Assembly (NCBI GenBank): GCA_003344405.1
Contig: NOWV01000018.1
Coordinates: 558,001 to 622,000 of the forward strand
Source: Trichoplax sp. H2
Taxonomy: Eukaryota
Direction of reading: 5' to 3'
DNA length: 64,000 nt
The notes under the pieces were generated by a model. That model made no database searches, was not told the origin of the DNA, and saw only the letters and a list, made by a program, of their open reading frames with translations. This document shows, piece by piece, positions 1-13,865 of the stretch. Both the position numbers and the translations under genes were made by a program. Numbering within the stretch: the first letter of the stretch is position 1; each line of letters opens with the position of its first letter.

Positions 1-324
1 TTCGTTTGGCCTACAGCATGACCTTATGATGACATGCTGTACTATGCAGAACAGTAGAGATTGCAAGGGCAAAAATGACAGTAGCTTCTATTAGGTGCTT
101 GATGTACGGAATTTCTCGATGCTTGTAGAATCTACGGACAAGTCCATGCCTTATTTACTGCAGTCCATGTTCTACCATAGTAGTGTATGACTCATATCAC
201 TAAGTTAACACGATGACATCATTTCGTCTTTTTTAGACAATCTGCCAGCGAATATACAGTACAGACGGATAGCCAGACCATCCATCGCATAGAGTAAACT
301 TTATGACCAATGGAAAGGTTTCCG

Positions 325-500
325 ACTAGTACAGTACAGTACAATGTACAGTACAGTACACTGTACAGTACAATGTACTGTACAGTACAAGCAGGACAGT
401 GAAGTACAGTACAGTACTGTAATTATGTACAGTACAGCACTACTGTACAGTGTACAGTACCTTAATCAATCTTCCCGGTGTTGAGTGTACTGTATGGTAG
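325..500. repeat. Low-complexity ACAGT/ACTGT/GTAC cluster upstream of NBR1
   Basis: Runs such as agtacagtacagtacaatgtacagtacagtacactgtacagtac in mixed orientation, about 500 nt upstream of the NBR1 ATG. Confidence 0.85.
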
Positions 501-1005
501 CTGTAACGTAGACTCATACACGTTGGCACTTAGTATTTAGCATCATCATCGTTGTTTCATCATTTTTGAGCGATTTGCAAGGCTTATTGCAGTCCTAGTT
601 GGCTTTTAAAACCAATACAAATTGTTTTCTCTTGGCTAGCGAGTTGAAGTCTTCTGCTACCACGATTGTTGTTGAGCAGCAGTTTATCTCCTGTATCCAT
701 TGGCTAATAGTGGATATTGCCTACAGTACGCTACTGGAACGCCGACATTTCGTCATCACCACTCAGCAGAACGACGCGCCGAGAACGTTGCAGTCTAATC
801 TAGACTAATAGTCAATTTGCTATAAGGTAATTGCCGCATACCTAGACTAAAGCAACAGTAGTCCCCAATGAGAGGATTAATGGAACAATTTTGGTAATGA
901 CGTTCTACTTTGTTGAATGATGATAATATAGATAGAAATTCGAAATCGACGAAAATAACTACCCACGATCAAGCATACAAAGCCGCATACGTGGACTCTT
1001 GGATT

Positions 1006-4000
1006 ATGGAAAACCAAATGTCTTCTATGCACTGCATTGCTTCCTTTGAACAAAAACAGCATGAGCTTGAAGTCCATACTTCAACGAAATGGCTAGATTT
1101 GCTTGAAATGGTAAGATAACTGTGCTACTAAAGTACCGATTTGAATTTAGACTTTGGCATTTTTCTTCCATTAATTTCTTACTTTGTTGTTTACTTGCTA
1201 TTCATCTTCATGATGAATGTTTTCAATTGAAACACCTCTGATGATAAAAATTGATTCCATTTTATATGCATCTCTTTTCTACTACGCTAGTTGCTTTATT
1301 CCTACAATGTTCGCTGTACTTCAATCAAGTACTATGACGAAGAAGGAGACGAGGTACGAAAGAAACTTGCTACCTTTTTGTTTACAAATCGTCCATTTTG
1401 ATTTATTTGTTGTACTCGGCGCTTACAGTAAGTACATGGTCGAAAAAGATACAAACGCCGTATGTTGAATGTTGGAAGTGTACTACTCTCGATAGATTTT
1501 ATGCAGTACGCTATACACTACAGTACTGTCTATTTGTATGGATTGATTGAGTCAAAAGATCGCTAAAAAGAGGAATTTTTCCTTAGTTTTACTATACATC
1601 TGTAAACCCTACATTACATCATCAGTACGGACATCCACGTACAAGTGAGTAAGGGATTGTCAATCCCAATCGGGATCGAAGATCCAAGTCTTTGCTCCAT
1701 CCGTGCTAGTCATTTCCTGCTTGACATTACACGCATGGATAAAATGACTACAATGAGTACGTCATAATATGGACAAAATAACCCTTGTCTTTTTCCATTT
1801 CCAATCATAAAATGAACTAGTCCACATTCATAAAGGCTAATTTTAGAGTGGATCGAATGCATTGACCAAGTCCTCTCTGTCCTTGTATGTTGATGCCCCG
1901 TCATCATTCTATCTATACCAGATCGTGAAAAGTTATTGTAATAACCAATAGAATGATTCTTATCCACTCGACTTGAATTTATCAGCCCATCTATAGTGAG
2001 CACAGTACATAAATTTAGATTACTTGAGTAGTTGTCGATTAATAATTATTAAATTAGCCCCAAAGTCCTGCCGAAATTTTTTGCCGATGGCTTCAACGGC
2101 TGAAAGGGCTTTCCATTCAACAAACAAAAACAAGCCGTTCGGACGGACTACACCTGGACATATGTCTACTGGAGTTGCTTACCAACGACAGTATGGATTG
2201 TCTCCATTTTCCTCACCAATGGAGAAGACTCATTCGATGTCGTATAGTACAGTATAAGCGACAGACTGGTGAACGCGATAGTATACTATTTATTTTCCTC
2301 TCCATACCAGCCAATCAAGCAAAACACTGAAGTGAAACTTGCCAGCAAAAATTAGAAAGAAAGAAATTCAAAATGGATCTCGACCTTCTTGACTAATAGC
2401 GAGATACTACTAGCTGCTTATCTACAAAGTTCTCATCCATATTAGCACAACGAAGATTGTGCTAGACAATTATACATTTGATCCTCATACAGTAATGAAG
2501 GCGAAGTATTGCATAAAGTAGAAAATAATGCATCGAGTAACAAGACTCCATCCAATGGATGATCTCAAGATGATCGTTTTGTCAACGGAAAGTTACTCTC
2601 TTCTATCACGTTGGCAAGAATGAGCCTGTAGCCTGTATAATATACCGATACTGCTTTCTTGCTAGATTAGCCACAGATAACTTTTTTACCTGTTGAAATC
2701 TTAACGACAGTAGCCCTGATACGCAATGGCTACGAAAAGTAAATTAATGAATTATTGATTCTACTCTGCACGTGCACAATCTACCGTAGACTTGCAATAT
2801 GAAACGACGGTAAAGGATGCAAGCATTTGAAGAGCATTGAGGCATGAAAAGGGTAGGGTGTCTTTATGATGTCAAATTCCTGTATAAAACTTGACTGTAA
2901 TCTCTTGAAAATTCATCAGAAGCAAGGATCATCCAGCTATAAATTGACTTGAGTCAACCATCTTAGTAGAACCCTACTTCGTTCTTGACAAAGGATGATC
3001 ATCTTGTACTTGTATAAAAAACGCATGAATGGCGTCTAAAAGGGGTTCATAAATAATGTAGAAGAGTCAAGCGCTCTCTTATACAGCGGTAAACCTTACC
3101 CGTAAATGTAATTAAGGCAACCAGTGAAATCAATACTACCTAACTCAGATTAATAACCAAGATTAGAGTAGACTATTGCGAAACCTACGTGTAGAGCAGC
3201 CGATGCAGGACTTGCAATGTATCCAACAGTGATTTAAATTGGCATTACTATATTGCACACTCGGTTGCAAATTGGAAATAGGATTCATTTTATCATGAGT
3301 GAAGCAGTTGCTATGAGCAATTGACCTTGTGCAACTTCAATGAACTTCCCGTTTGAAATTATAGACCTTTAAACATGATAATTGAAAGCCTCATTTTAAT
3401 TAATCGTCTGGTGTAAATGTACATTATAGTTCAATTAAGATATGATGAAATTGATTGGTCAAAGGACTAGGTGGGTTAGAGTCAACTTTGATCATGTAAT
3501 TGACTTCAATTGATAGACTAGATGGTAATGACAACATAATGTAGAATTCCCCTTAGCATACATATGATAGACAGTACTCATTACCGTAGAGCGATCACTG
3601 TTCACAGAAAGTAAACCTTAAAATCCTTCAACATCTTATACAATCCAAATAATACTACTGTCACCATACTGCTGACAGTATTGATAATTGTCGGATCGAT
3701 GCATTCATGCATAGGGATAAAAGCAGCCAATCCTTAAATCGTTTATCTCATCTGTATAACAAACCTATCGTCTACAACGATCGTTACAGTAAACGGATTT
3801 TCGCCATATTCCCATGGAGACGATAAATCTTCAGCAAAGTAATTGGATAAAAATTCAATACCCTTGGTGCGAGTATTGTTACTGCAAGTGACTGTATCCA
3901 AGGATGATAAAAGAATCATTTCCTTTGCCTTAGTCCTTTACCTTTACTGTTCTCTAGCTACCAGTACTGTAGTGTACTTTGATTTTATTTTTTTTTTCTC

Positions 4001-7000
4001 CATCAATGACGTATGCCTTCTTGAAATATCATATTAATGAATAGATAAGAACATCGATTGAAATAGAACACACCCAATTCATTAAAAAAGAGAAATGAAA
4101 AACAGCATAGGAGACTTTGCTATTTAATTAATAATAAGCAAAAGTTTTTATTTTCTTCTTTATGACATTTATTCAATAATAATAATATCAAGTGTCCAAT
4201 AGTATTATTATCAACAACTATAAAAGTTCATCCTTTTATTTCATCAATCTTCATGATGATTGGTTGTAATATTGATTGATCCTTATAAAATTATTTTCTG
4301 TCTTTTATTATCCAGGTGTCGGTCAGCAGCCAAGGTAGAATCGAAGTCAATAAATGCATCCTTGTTGTTTGCTACTCTACAGTTTTTACTTACTTTCAAG
4401 ACATGGTAGTCTAATACTGTGTTTACCTGGTATTATTACTATTTAATAATAATCATCAGTACTTTTCCCTATGAAAAATTGTTTTGCCTATTTGTTGTAG
4501 TTACTGTATTTTGGAAAAAAAAACCATCAGTCGTTAGATCATAGCTGTAATTACTGCTTGATAGATTAATACCGTAAAACTTGATGAGATCAATAGCCTA
4601 GCTATTTTATTAAATTACATAAGATACAGTATAGCAGATATTTCTAATAGTTTTAGTTTTTTTATCTCTGATTTTTACGCCAGCAGAAATTCATCACCTA
4701 GATCGTATAGACTCTGTGCAAGCATATTAATTACGCGTATTTTGCGTATTTAGTTGACTAATACTGTAAACTTTCACTTGCTTACATTCCCTTTCCTTTT
4801 TTATTGTACCTGGATCAAGACGAATGGGAAGAAGTACTAAAGGTAACTTAGATTCTGCAATAGAAAAAAAAGTGCAATGATGTTCAACATTTTCAGCAAC
4901 ATGACATTTTGCTAACAATACTACTAGTTCAAGTTTACGATTATCATTATTAAAATTGCTTATGTAGTCTTGGAATGAATTTCTGATACCGTTATTGTAT
5001 TTTAGTTGATTAGTGCATCTAAACCGGAGGCTTTCAAATTTTGCATTATCGGTGAAATTGTCAATGAACCTTTCCCTACTGGTGTAGCACCACCAGTAGA
5101 AGAAAACTCCAATCAGGTCTGTTGCATAGAAATACAAGAAAAACAATGCAAAAGAACTTCTTATAAATCAAATCTCGTAACCGTCATGTTAAATCCTATA
5201 AAGGGCTCTTGATAAGAGAATTTTTGCTCCAAAATTAAACACCGCTACTGTACTATATACTATCTACATACTGCAAAAAGAGCCTCACAACGCGCTTGTT
5301 TGGCTATTGCTAATGATGATCCTATTTTTTTATTTTAATTTATTACTGATATCGGTGTAATCCATATAAATTTTATTTGATAGACCGATCTAATAACTGA
5401 ACCTATCGCAGCCGGTGGTAATGGTAATTGCGGTCGAATGCAGCGAATAAAACGATTTTTAAACAACATGAAAGAAGTTGCAAAAGAGCTCAAAACATCA
5501 TCTCAGGAACTGCGTGAGACGGTGAATACAAAGGAGCCTCCAGAATGGTTTAAAAATTCATCTGATCATGTATGTTGATACCTAATTTACAGCATAGAAA
5601 ATTGTAAACTAAAGTATTTCTATTATGAAGACCTTATATTTTTCAATCGCAAAATTATTGCTTTTATGCAGTAACTCAACGATAATTACAAAGAATATTT
5701 TGTATATCTACATCAATTAAGCAGTAATTATTACATTCTATCTCTCGAGTAATGAATAAATGAAATCTTAATTTGTTTTATATAATTATTATAGATGTGC
5801 CAAATGATCATCAGTGGAGTCTTATCGGGCTTAGATAATGCTGTTGTAGCATCAGTACCCGGTAATAGTACTCTGCAATCACAATTGGGTAATAATTGTG
5901 ACAATGCACGACGTAAGTTATTTTCATTATAGTTTGTAAGGAAAAAAAATAATCCAGTTTTATTTTCTACTGTCTTTCATCACATGGGTATAGGATAAAG
6001 TAATTTTTTTTCCTTTAATGAACTAACAGCTCAAATAATAATTTTTTTTAGCTGTTTATGTCCATGATAAAGTTTTCTGTGACGTCTGCAATCAAACCAT
6101 CGTTGGAATTCGATATAAATGCGGGTACAATGTCATTAAAAATATACAATAATTTGTATTGACCTATATTAATATATAACCCAAACGATTGCTAAAAAGA
6201 CTGACGGTATACGACTGTGCATGAGTATTATTCTGTTAGTGTCATACCGAACCAATCAACTATGATATTAGTAGCAATTCAACATTATTCTTACTTATGA
6301 AATAATTTTATTTGCTTGGTATTAGAAATTGTGCTGACTACGATTTATGTGAACAATGCGAGAGTATCCCAAATATCCATGATAACACCCATGTGTTTTT
6401 GAAATTACGAAAGCCCGTTGTAGCAGCTGGACGCGACCCAGTTACTGGTTTGGTCTCGCCATTACTGCATAAATGTGTTTACAAGCCGACACTAGCGTCA
6501 GAGCAACACGAAACAGAGTAAGATAATAACTGTTCTGCTAATGACTTGATTGTAACTGTATTGCACCTATTTCTATTCCAACTACTTTTCTCATGTGCTA
6601 TGTTATTTAAATTATGATGATTAGTTTCTTCGTATCAAAGCCCCAACCAGAGCCATATGTTATAGACGCTATCTTGGCTGAAAGAAATTGTGAAATTTAC
6701 CGCGAGAAATCGAGTAAGGAATTAAAGAAGATAATGAAGGCTGAGAAACGAAAACTAAAGTAAGGATTAGCATCTTTTAAAATTTTTTTGTACTTTACAT
6801 ACAATTTAGTACCCAAGCTTTATTCTTAATATGTTAATTAATTAAAGCAGAGGTTTTAACTGTATGCTAAAACTTTTTGCAATACAATTACTTTTGCTAT
6901 AGGCAAAGTTTAAGTGCAAGCTTATGTAGTGAAGAAAGCTCTCCAGATATTTATTACCCAATCAATCCAAACCAAAAAGTATCCAATATATACTATTCTT

Positions 7001-8897
7001 TGTTAAAGTTACCTATTCTTAACTGTTCATTGCTTATCGTCGATAATTAAATAAATCTTACAACTGTATAATAATTTATGCAAATAAAACAATTTCTAGT
7101 TTACCAAGACTTGGTGCATACGCAATACTGGTAAATCAACTTGGAACAATATCAAGGTAAAGCAATGTGCAATTTTCCAAAATGTAACAAATCATGTCGT
7201 AGCATTTTTGATTTTATTTTCTTATCTTGTTAACAATTTATCTTTTTGTAGTTGATTTATATGAAAGGAAAATGTAAATCACAGAGACTTAAACCAGAGG
7301 CGGATGGCAAGGTCTTCCTTCCCGCTGTAAAACCTGGTGAAAAACATTTTGTAACCGTGTCATTCATAGCTCCACACTTACCGGGAGAATACTTTAGTAT
7401 TTTACGACTAAAATCAAATGGCATCAAATTTGGACCTCATTTCATATGCAAAGTTAATGTTGTCAATCAATACAGTCATGAAGGTATACAGATAAAAACT
7501 CACTTTCTAATTTCTAATATCTTTTGTGTAACTTATTGCTATCATGATGAAATTTTTAAAATATATTGAATTTTATTTCATTATTCTCATAATAGATACT
7601 TTAACTGAACCGATTGCTGCTATACCTACCACAGAGTTAAACTGTGATGATATTGCATCCTCGCAACAGAGTTCGATTGCTACGTCATCAGATATTGTTA
7701 TTGTGAAACGTTCTGATTACGATCCGATAGCTGTCGCATGTGAAACGTTATGTGAGGATAACTTATTGAACGCTGATAATATCGATGATCGTAATCTACA
7801 CGTAGAAGATAGTGAAGCAAAAGAAAGCAGACGTACATCAGATGGTAGCATTGAAACATTATCAGTATCTGTCCGTAAGTAAAATATATTCTTATGTTTC
7901 AAAACCAAATATATCCCTAATTAGTATAATGATTTGTAATAGATCAAGATTGCACTCTTCCAGTACAAGATGCATGCAATTATAATGAAAAGACTCAGAC
8001 TACAGATCGAAAGCCTGCTAATGAGGGTTGTGATGACTTCCTTATTGTGGATTTACCCGACTGCTTTGACATGACAAAACCACTTCCTCCGGAAAAAATT
8101 GCTGCAATCACTGAAGCTTTTGAGAAATCTAGGAATGAAAGTTACTTTGGTGTTGATAGTATTGAAAGCAGTTTACAAAGGACGTCAATAAGTGAAGATC
8201 TGGATACAGTAAAATCAGCAGAAGATTTTAAAGATATTAATGCAGATGATGTATCTATTGCGTCAACATCTTCAAGCGATAGTCAATCTTACAGTAGCGT
8301 AGATGAAGTAGTTAATGTAGCTGTCGTCGATCAACCTGTGAGATTATCACCTGATCGAGATGAAGAAGAGATTATGGAACCTAATATACAGCAACACGAT
8401 GATTTTTCTAATTCCCAAGAAGTTAATAATGTTCCCGAGCTAGGATATAACTCTACTGATAGAACTCCTACTTCAAGCAATGAAACTGATAACGATAGCA
8501 TCAGTAATCGAATGATGAATTTCTTAGAAGCGGTCTCTGCGGGCGCCACTTCACTCCAAAATGCAATTTCGCGTGCTGTTGATGGTGATACTTCAGAATC
8601 GCAACCAAGTTCAGAGAAAGATTATGAGGTATGTATGTATTATTTCCCTTTATGGATAAAGTATAACTAATATGCATGACTTTGCATAATTCAATTGTAC
8701 CGTATGATAACTTTATTACGTTAACAAAACAGAAACAAGAGTCGAATCCGAATCTTATGGAAGAGCTAGTCCGGATGGGTTTCTGCGATAGGAAAGTAAA
8801 TCAAGAATTGTTGGACAAATACCCTGATAACGTTAATGCAGTTATAACAGACTTATTACAAACACTTAATGATGGCTGGGCTGAGAGAAGACATTAA
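1006..8897 (+). CDS. NBR1: NBR1-like selective autophagy receptor (PB1, ZZ zinc finger, FW/NBR1 domain, LIR, UBA), multi-exon
   Basis: Frame-consistent GT-AG exons: 1006-1110, 1291-1353, 4316-4334, 4820-4842, 5006-5116, 5384-5569, 5795-5912, 6052-6124, 6326-6517, 6625-6759, 6903-6978, 7100-7156, 7252-7483, 7596-7874, 7943-8628, 8733-8897. PB1: TKWLDLLEM..IKYYDEEGDEVSVSSQDEWEEVLK (OPCA motif). [102 protein letters not shown]. The start could be ATG 1006 or 1018. Confidence 0.93.
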
Positions 8898-10410
8898 CTT
8901 ACTGCGCTGTATTGTAGTTTTTACAAGTCGTGTAATTGTAATAAACGATTGTAATAACTGATAAAGACATTATCAGGACTCACGGTAATAGTATCGTAGA
9001 ACGGATTAAGACTGTTTACTACCATGTAGTGCTGATGTTTTACGTCAAGTATCTATTATCATTAAAGTTACCTTAAGCCTTAACAAATGTGGCGTCTAAT
9101 TGTGTTGTTATTTCAGTCGAATAATAATTGCTAGAATAACTATCTATTGAGACAATACTTCCTATCACTTATTGATTGCTATGTTATGGTATTGTTAATG
9201 GCGATCGTTTTATCAGCTTGAGAGTGATAAATTTATTGCTTACTATTGGAAATAATTTATAGGCGATATATATTGCTTTGTAAAGTACTGTTATTTGCCT
9301 TTATAACTACGCATTTAAGGCTAATTGTTTTCAAACGCTTAATGATTTTACACTTCTTTCAGATATAGCTATTGTATCTATCTACAAACATTGTAGAGAT
9401 GGTAAATCAGGTTAAGTGTTGTTTCTTTATTGATCTCTACAACTCATATATTAGAGGCATACTACAGTTTACACCTCTATCTTGTATAACTCATGCGTAT
9501 ATATATATATATATATCAGGTTTACATATTTATACAATTCAGTAAAAGGTACATATACTCGTGTATCACTATTGCAACTTACGGTTATCTTTTATGTGCT
9601 ATTTGGGAGAAACAACACGTTTAGAAAATAAAATAACTAAAGAATAAAAAATTAATTACTAGATGTGTAGATTCCACTTTGTTGGAGATTGTCCAAAAAT
9701 GCATTATTTTGACTGTAATAATATTATAAGGTCATTTTAGCAATTGAAGGAAAGATTGCGTTATGATGTACGTACTAGCCAAGACATGGATTCAATGTAG
9801 AATTAAGTTTCTTACCGCAGCACCGTATTAAACCTGTGTGTATAAAGAGCACTGATAATATTGTGATTAGCGTTATGTGCGAGTGCGTAGTAGTCTTATG
9901 ATACTATTTAATAAATAACTATTACCTATTGGATTATTGGCCCACAACTAATTAATCTTAAGTTGAAAATTCATAAAAATTGTGCGACTAAGTAAAACGT
10001 CATACTTGCAATTCTTGATAAAGGATTTGGAGGAGAAATTTCATTACTTTTGATCACTCATGAAAACTAATACACCTTATATTCCTAAGCAATATTCAAT
10101 ACGATACGTACTGTATATAACTAAATTTAAATACTAGAAACACAAGACTCAAGGCGTGATAGCGTCGGAGAATAAGTTTATTTATTAAAAAATGGAGTAC
10201 TGTATGTTCAACATACTGTATCTAGTTCAGTGAAAATAAGAAAGCGTTTGAATATCTCAGTATCTTAACAGTAAAATCTGCAAAAGTAAACTTTTCAATC
10301 CTGCGTTTTGTATGGCAATTTATAGCTTATATTTTCGTTATAGCAGAATGTACCATCATGATAATTTGCATCTACTCTATATTATACACGAATAATAACA
10401 TAAATAGTTT

Positions 10411-12965
10411 TCATGATTTTTTCATATCTTTAATAGTAACATCACAAACTAAAGCCAAGTGGTCAGATGGAGCGTTGGGTGATGGCAAGGCCTTATCTCT
10501 TTTGATTTCATCTTCAGTTGGGAATGGGACAACTTGCTTAACATCTACGTATTCTTTTTCACCAAATATATAATCAAGAGTTCCTACAAAATCCTGAACA
10601 TAATTTGTGAACTGAGGTATACCACATAAACTATAGAAATCAAAGGCGTTATCAAGTACTAAATCGATTGGCTTCCATCGATCTGCGGTTGTTGGGAAGA
10701 AATGCTTTTGATGCTTTTGATGAGTAGTAAGTAACTGATAAACATTAGAATTAGGAATACTATTGAAATCGCCACATAATAGAATGGGAAGAACATCTGA
10801 AATAACTAATGGAGATATGTTCACATTAGACTTTTCAAGAAAGCTATGATTCTACTAGGCTTAAATACAACAATAGAATGACTTTTACTAAATTCATACA
10901 AGTATAGAAAATTACGTAAAGATTAGTTGATTCAATTATAACATAGTGATGAATTACGTACCTGTAAATTTATTGCGAATTAAATTCAGCTGGTGTAATA
11001 CAACAGATGCTTGGACTAAGCGTACTTCCGGTAGCATAGGATTGGCATACAGATGTGTATTGCCAATACAAAATAATTTATTAGGTGCTTCTCGCCATCG
11101 AAAAACACATGCCATAGCTACATTGGGTAAATTAACGCATTTTCTCTTTAATTGTGGATGCTTCTTGATTTGTTTAGCTAGGTGGCCTAGGCTTTTATCC
11201 TATATAATTTGTAAGTAAGGTATTATACATATATGTTAGTGTTGCAAAAATGCAATACAGTATAAGTTATAATTTTCGATACGATGATATTTATCATAAA
11301 TCGATAATCTCGTAAATTATAAGAATGTGAAGTACTACTAACTTTAACTAACATGCATATCATAAAGTATAGGTACTGATATTCCTAATAATAACGCAAT
11401 CGCATACGGCACAATTTTCTGTACGATAGCCTTAATTATTATAAACCAAATGATATATTGTAACTTGTAAGAGTTTGCAGAGCCAATTATCGAAATTAAC
11501 GTATCTCGTGAAGGAAAGGATATAAATATGTTATGCAATGATAGTGAGTGATATTCTATTCCATTGCATCAATAAATGATTCTATCAGGATACATTGCAA
11601 TTTCTTAGCACAGAATCATTCGTCATCAGTAGATCATGCTGTAGCTTGCAAGAATTTACGCATTTGGTCAATGTAAAGGAATTCTGTGTATCACCGTTAA
11701 TTATCAATTAAATTAAATCATGTTATAACTTGCATGTGTCTGCATTGCCAATTAAGCTTTACGGATATATCTTATAAAGTTAAGGTGTGTATAATCCATA
11801 CGGTAATGTAGTAACATGTGTTGCGATTATACTATACGATATCACTCATTTTATAGCAACAAAGTTAAGTCATAACTAGCAAGAGGATGAAAGAATTTAC
11901 CTTAAGTAATAAATCTCGTAAGGCAAAGGTATGCAATGATAATAATTGAAATTTTGATCTATTATACAATAACGCAAGGCCTTCTTTAACCTCTGCCTTT
12001 TTAAAGATATGATTCCCAGAGTAACCATGAGTACGCATTGCAGGCAGTATGACATTTTGTAATAATTCTTTGTCGCATTCTTGAAGGCAAATTATATCGG
12101 CATTATACCCTACTAATTCATCTATTATTAAGGGCAATCGATAGGAATATCGAAGATATCTTGGATTGCAATAGCGAAATACATCATTACTATATCCACT
12201 CGATAGGATGTTATAAGAGACGATCCTAAGATCACCAACAACATCTAATTTTGATTGAGTAAATTGATATCGTTGACGAGATAAGCATCGAACAGGGCCA
12301 TAACTAACAGGTATATTGGATTGAATAGTAACAGCATCACCATAATTGTCCTCGTGCCGAGGTGTACAACGTAATTTTAATCGTTGGCCGAAATCACTAG
12401 GTTGTATTTTATAATGGATATTATCACCGACTTTCTCCCATGATTGTTTACCATTTTTTTGCCTACTAGAAAACCATTCATAATGAGATTGTTGGACACT
12501 GCTAAATTCCATCTTTACATTGGGAGCAATTGTAAAGCCAACAAATACGTCGGTATCAGGAAATTGCAATGAAACAATACGAGGTGGATTAACTTGAACT
12601 ATAAATTGTTTATTATCTAATTGTAAGATATGGCCAGTTTCCCATGCTTCAACATTAGGTAATCGACGTATAATATGAGCTGATGTTTTACCGTGCAATA
12701 ATACTGGCAAAGTGGTAGAAGCTACATGTGCAGCTAAGCCTTTTTTCATCCTAAAATAGTAGCCAGCAATGGTATCTAAGCCATACTTTAATTCCGCTTC
12801 CTTGTCCACGGAGACATTAAATAAAGTTCGACTGCCATCACGCAATGTAATCAACATCATGGAGAGCTGATGCTCTCTTGCAACCACAGCACGTAGTCTA
12901 GGCGGCTGAGCACGATTTGCCAGCCATCTTCTTGTTATTCTCATCCACTGCATCCTACCATTCAT
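10411..12965 (-). CDS. PDE12: 2',5'-phosphodiesterase 12-like (CCR4/EEP family), paralog A, 3 coding exons
   Basis: Exons 12965-11901, 11199-10962, 10796-10411. EEP motifs SYNIL, ADIICLQE, EGLA, NTHL, CGDFNS, GTLDYIF and PSDH. N-terminal Ig-like region (YEWF..LKLRCTP) as in PDE12. Arg-rich N-terminus. Confidence 0.88.
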
Positions 12966-13359
12966 TCGTTTACTTTATTCGCTTAGGATATCAATCCAAT
13001 AGCAGGTGAAAATAAAGTATCAACTCCTGTGATCACCAATACTATGATTAAAATAGTGTAATAGCTTATAATTTCATGGATAGTTGCTGCAATGAGATCA
13101 ATTGAAGAGGATAAAACGAGCTAGAAAATAACTTGAAAATATTTACCGATAGCTGCAAGACGACACGATGAGAGAATGTTGCCCGAGCAGTTGCATCCAG
13201 TCCCACGAACGATATCGTGTCGCATGTAGTATTCACCCGCAATGGCATGTCACCCGTTGAGTGGACAGCTGGACCGCGCAGGCCTTGTAGTCTTCGTGTA
13301 TGTTGAGTGGGGAATAGGTAAAAAGTTATGTTAGTCTTGACTGGATGGCGACTCATGTT

Positions 13360-13440
13360 TGAGTAGTACTACTCCGTCGATTACAGTGTACAGTACAGAT
13401 AAACAATTTACACTGTACACTGTATACTGTACAATTTCTG
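13360..13440. repeat. ACAGT/ACTGT simple-sequence cluster between the divergent PDE12 paralogs
   Basis: tacagtgtacagtacag...tacactgtacactgtatactgtac. Confidence 0.7.
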
Positions 13441-13450
13441 GGTAAAGATG

Positions 13451-13585
13451 ACTCCATTTTGACTAAAATCACGGTAGGCTTTCGATGGTCCTTCATCACA
13501 TCAAGAAATAACTCGATTTTGACTAAAATCACTTAGGCTTTCGATAGTCCTTAGCCACAGCAAGAATTAACTCGATTTTGACTAG
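13451..13585. repeat. ~60-bp tandem repeat, 2 copies plus a partial third
   Basis: attttgact recurs at 13456, 13516 and 13575. The two full copies share attttgactaaaatcac and taggctttcgat.gtcctt. Confidence 0.85.
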
Positions 13586-13865
13586 GATTGAGTAAACAGA
13601 CTTTCGAGCAGCAGGGTCGTTTGTCGAGTCCCGTTGCCCCCCGATCGCAGGTGTATCGTATACTGTACTATTTGTCTATTTCACTATTTTTACTATTTTC
13701 AGAATCAATTAATTATAATTATTGAGAGCCTAGAGCTAGGAGTAAGAGCGAATCATTCATTGATTCATTCAATACAATTTCTGTTCTGCAGCTGGAGTTT
13801 TCTTCGTGTCGAATAAATTGGATTTGATCGTAGTCGCCATACTGGCCACAGGACAGCAATGCACT

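Noticed and set aside
1354-4315. Nested gene or transposon in the 3-kb NBR1 intron
   Set aside because: Only short ORFs without recognisable motifs; no terminal repeats seen.
4727-5146. 139-aa ORF on the - strand
   Set aside because: Antisense to NBR1 exons, with no recognisable domain.
6979-7099. NBR1 intron starting GTATCC as a possible U12-type intron
   Set aside because: It continues AA rather than TT, and the TTCTTAAC branch-like motif is about 75 nt from the acceptor, too far for a U12 branch point. Treated as U2-type.
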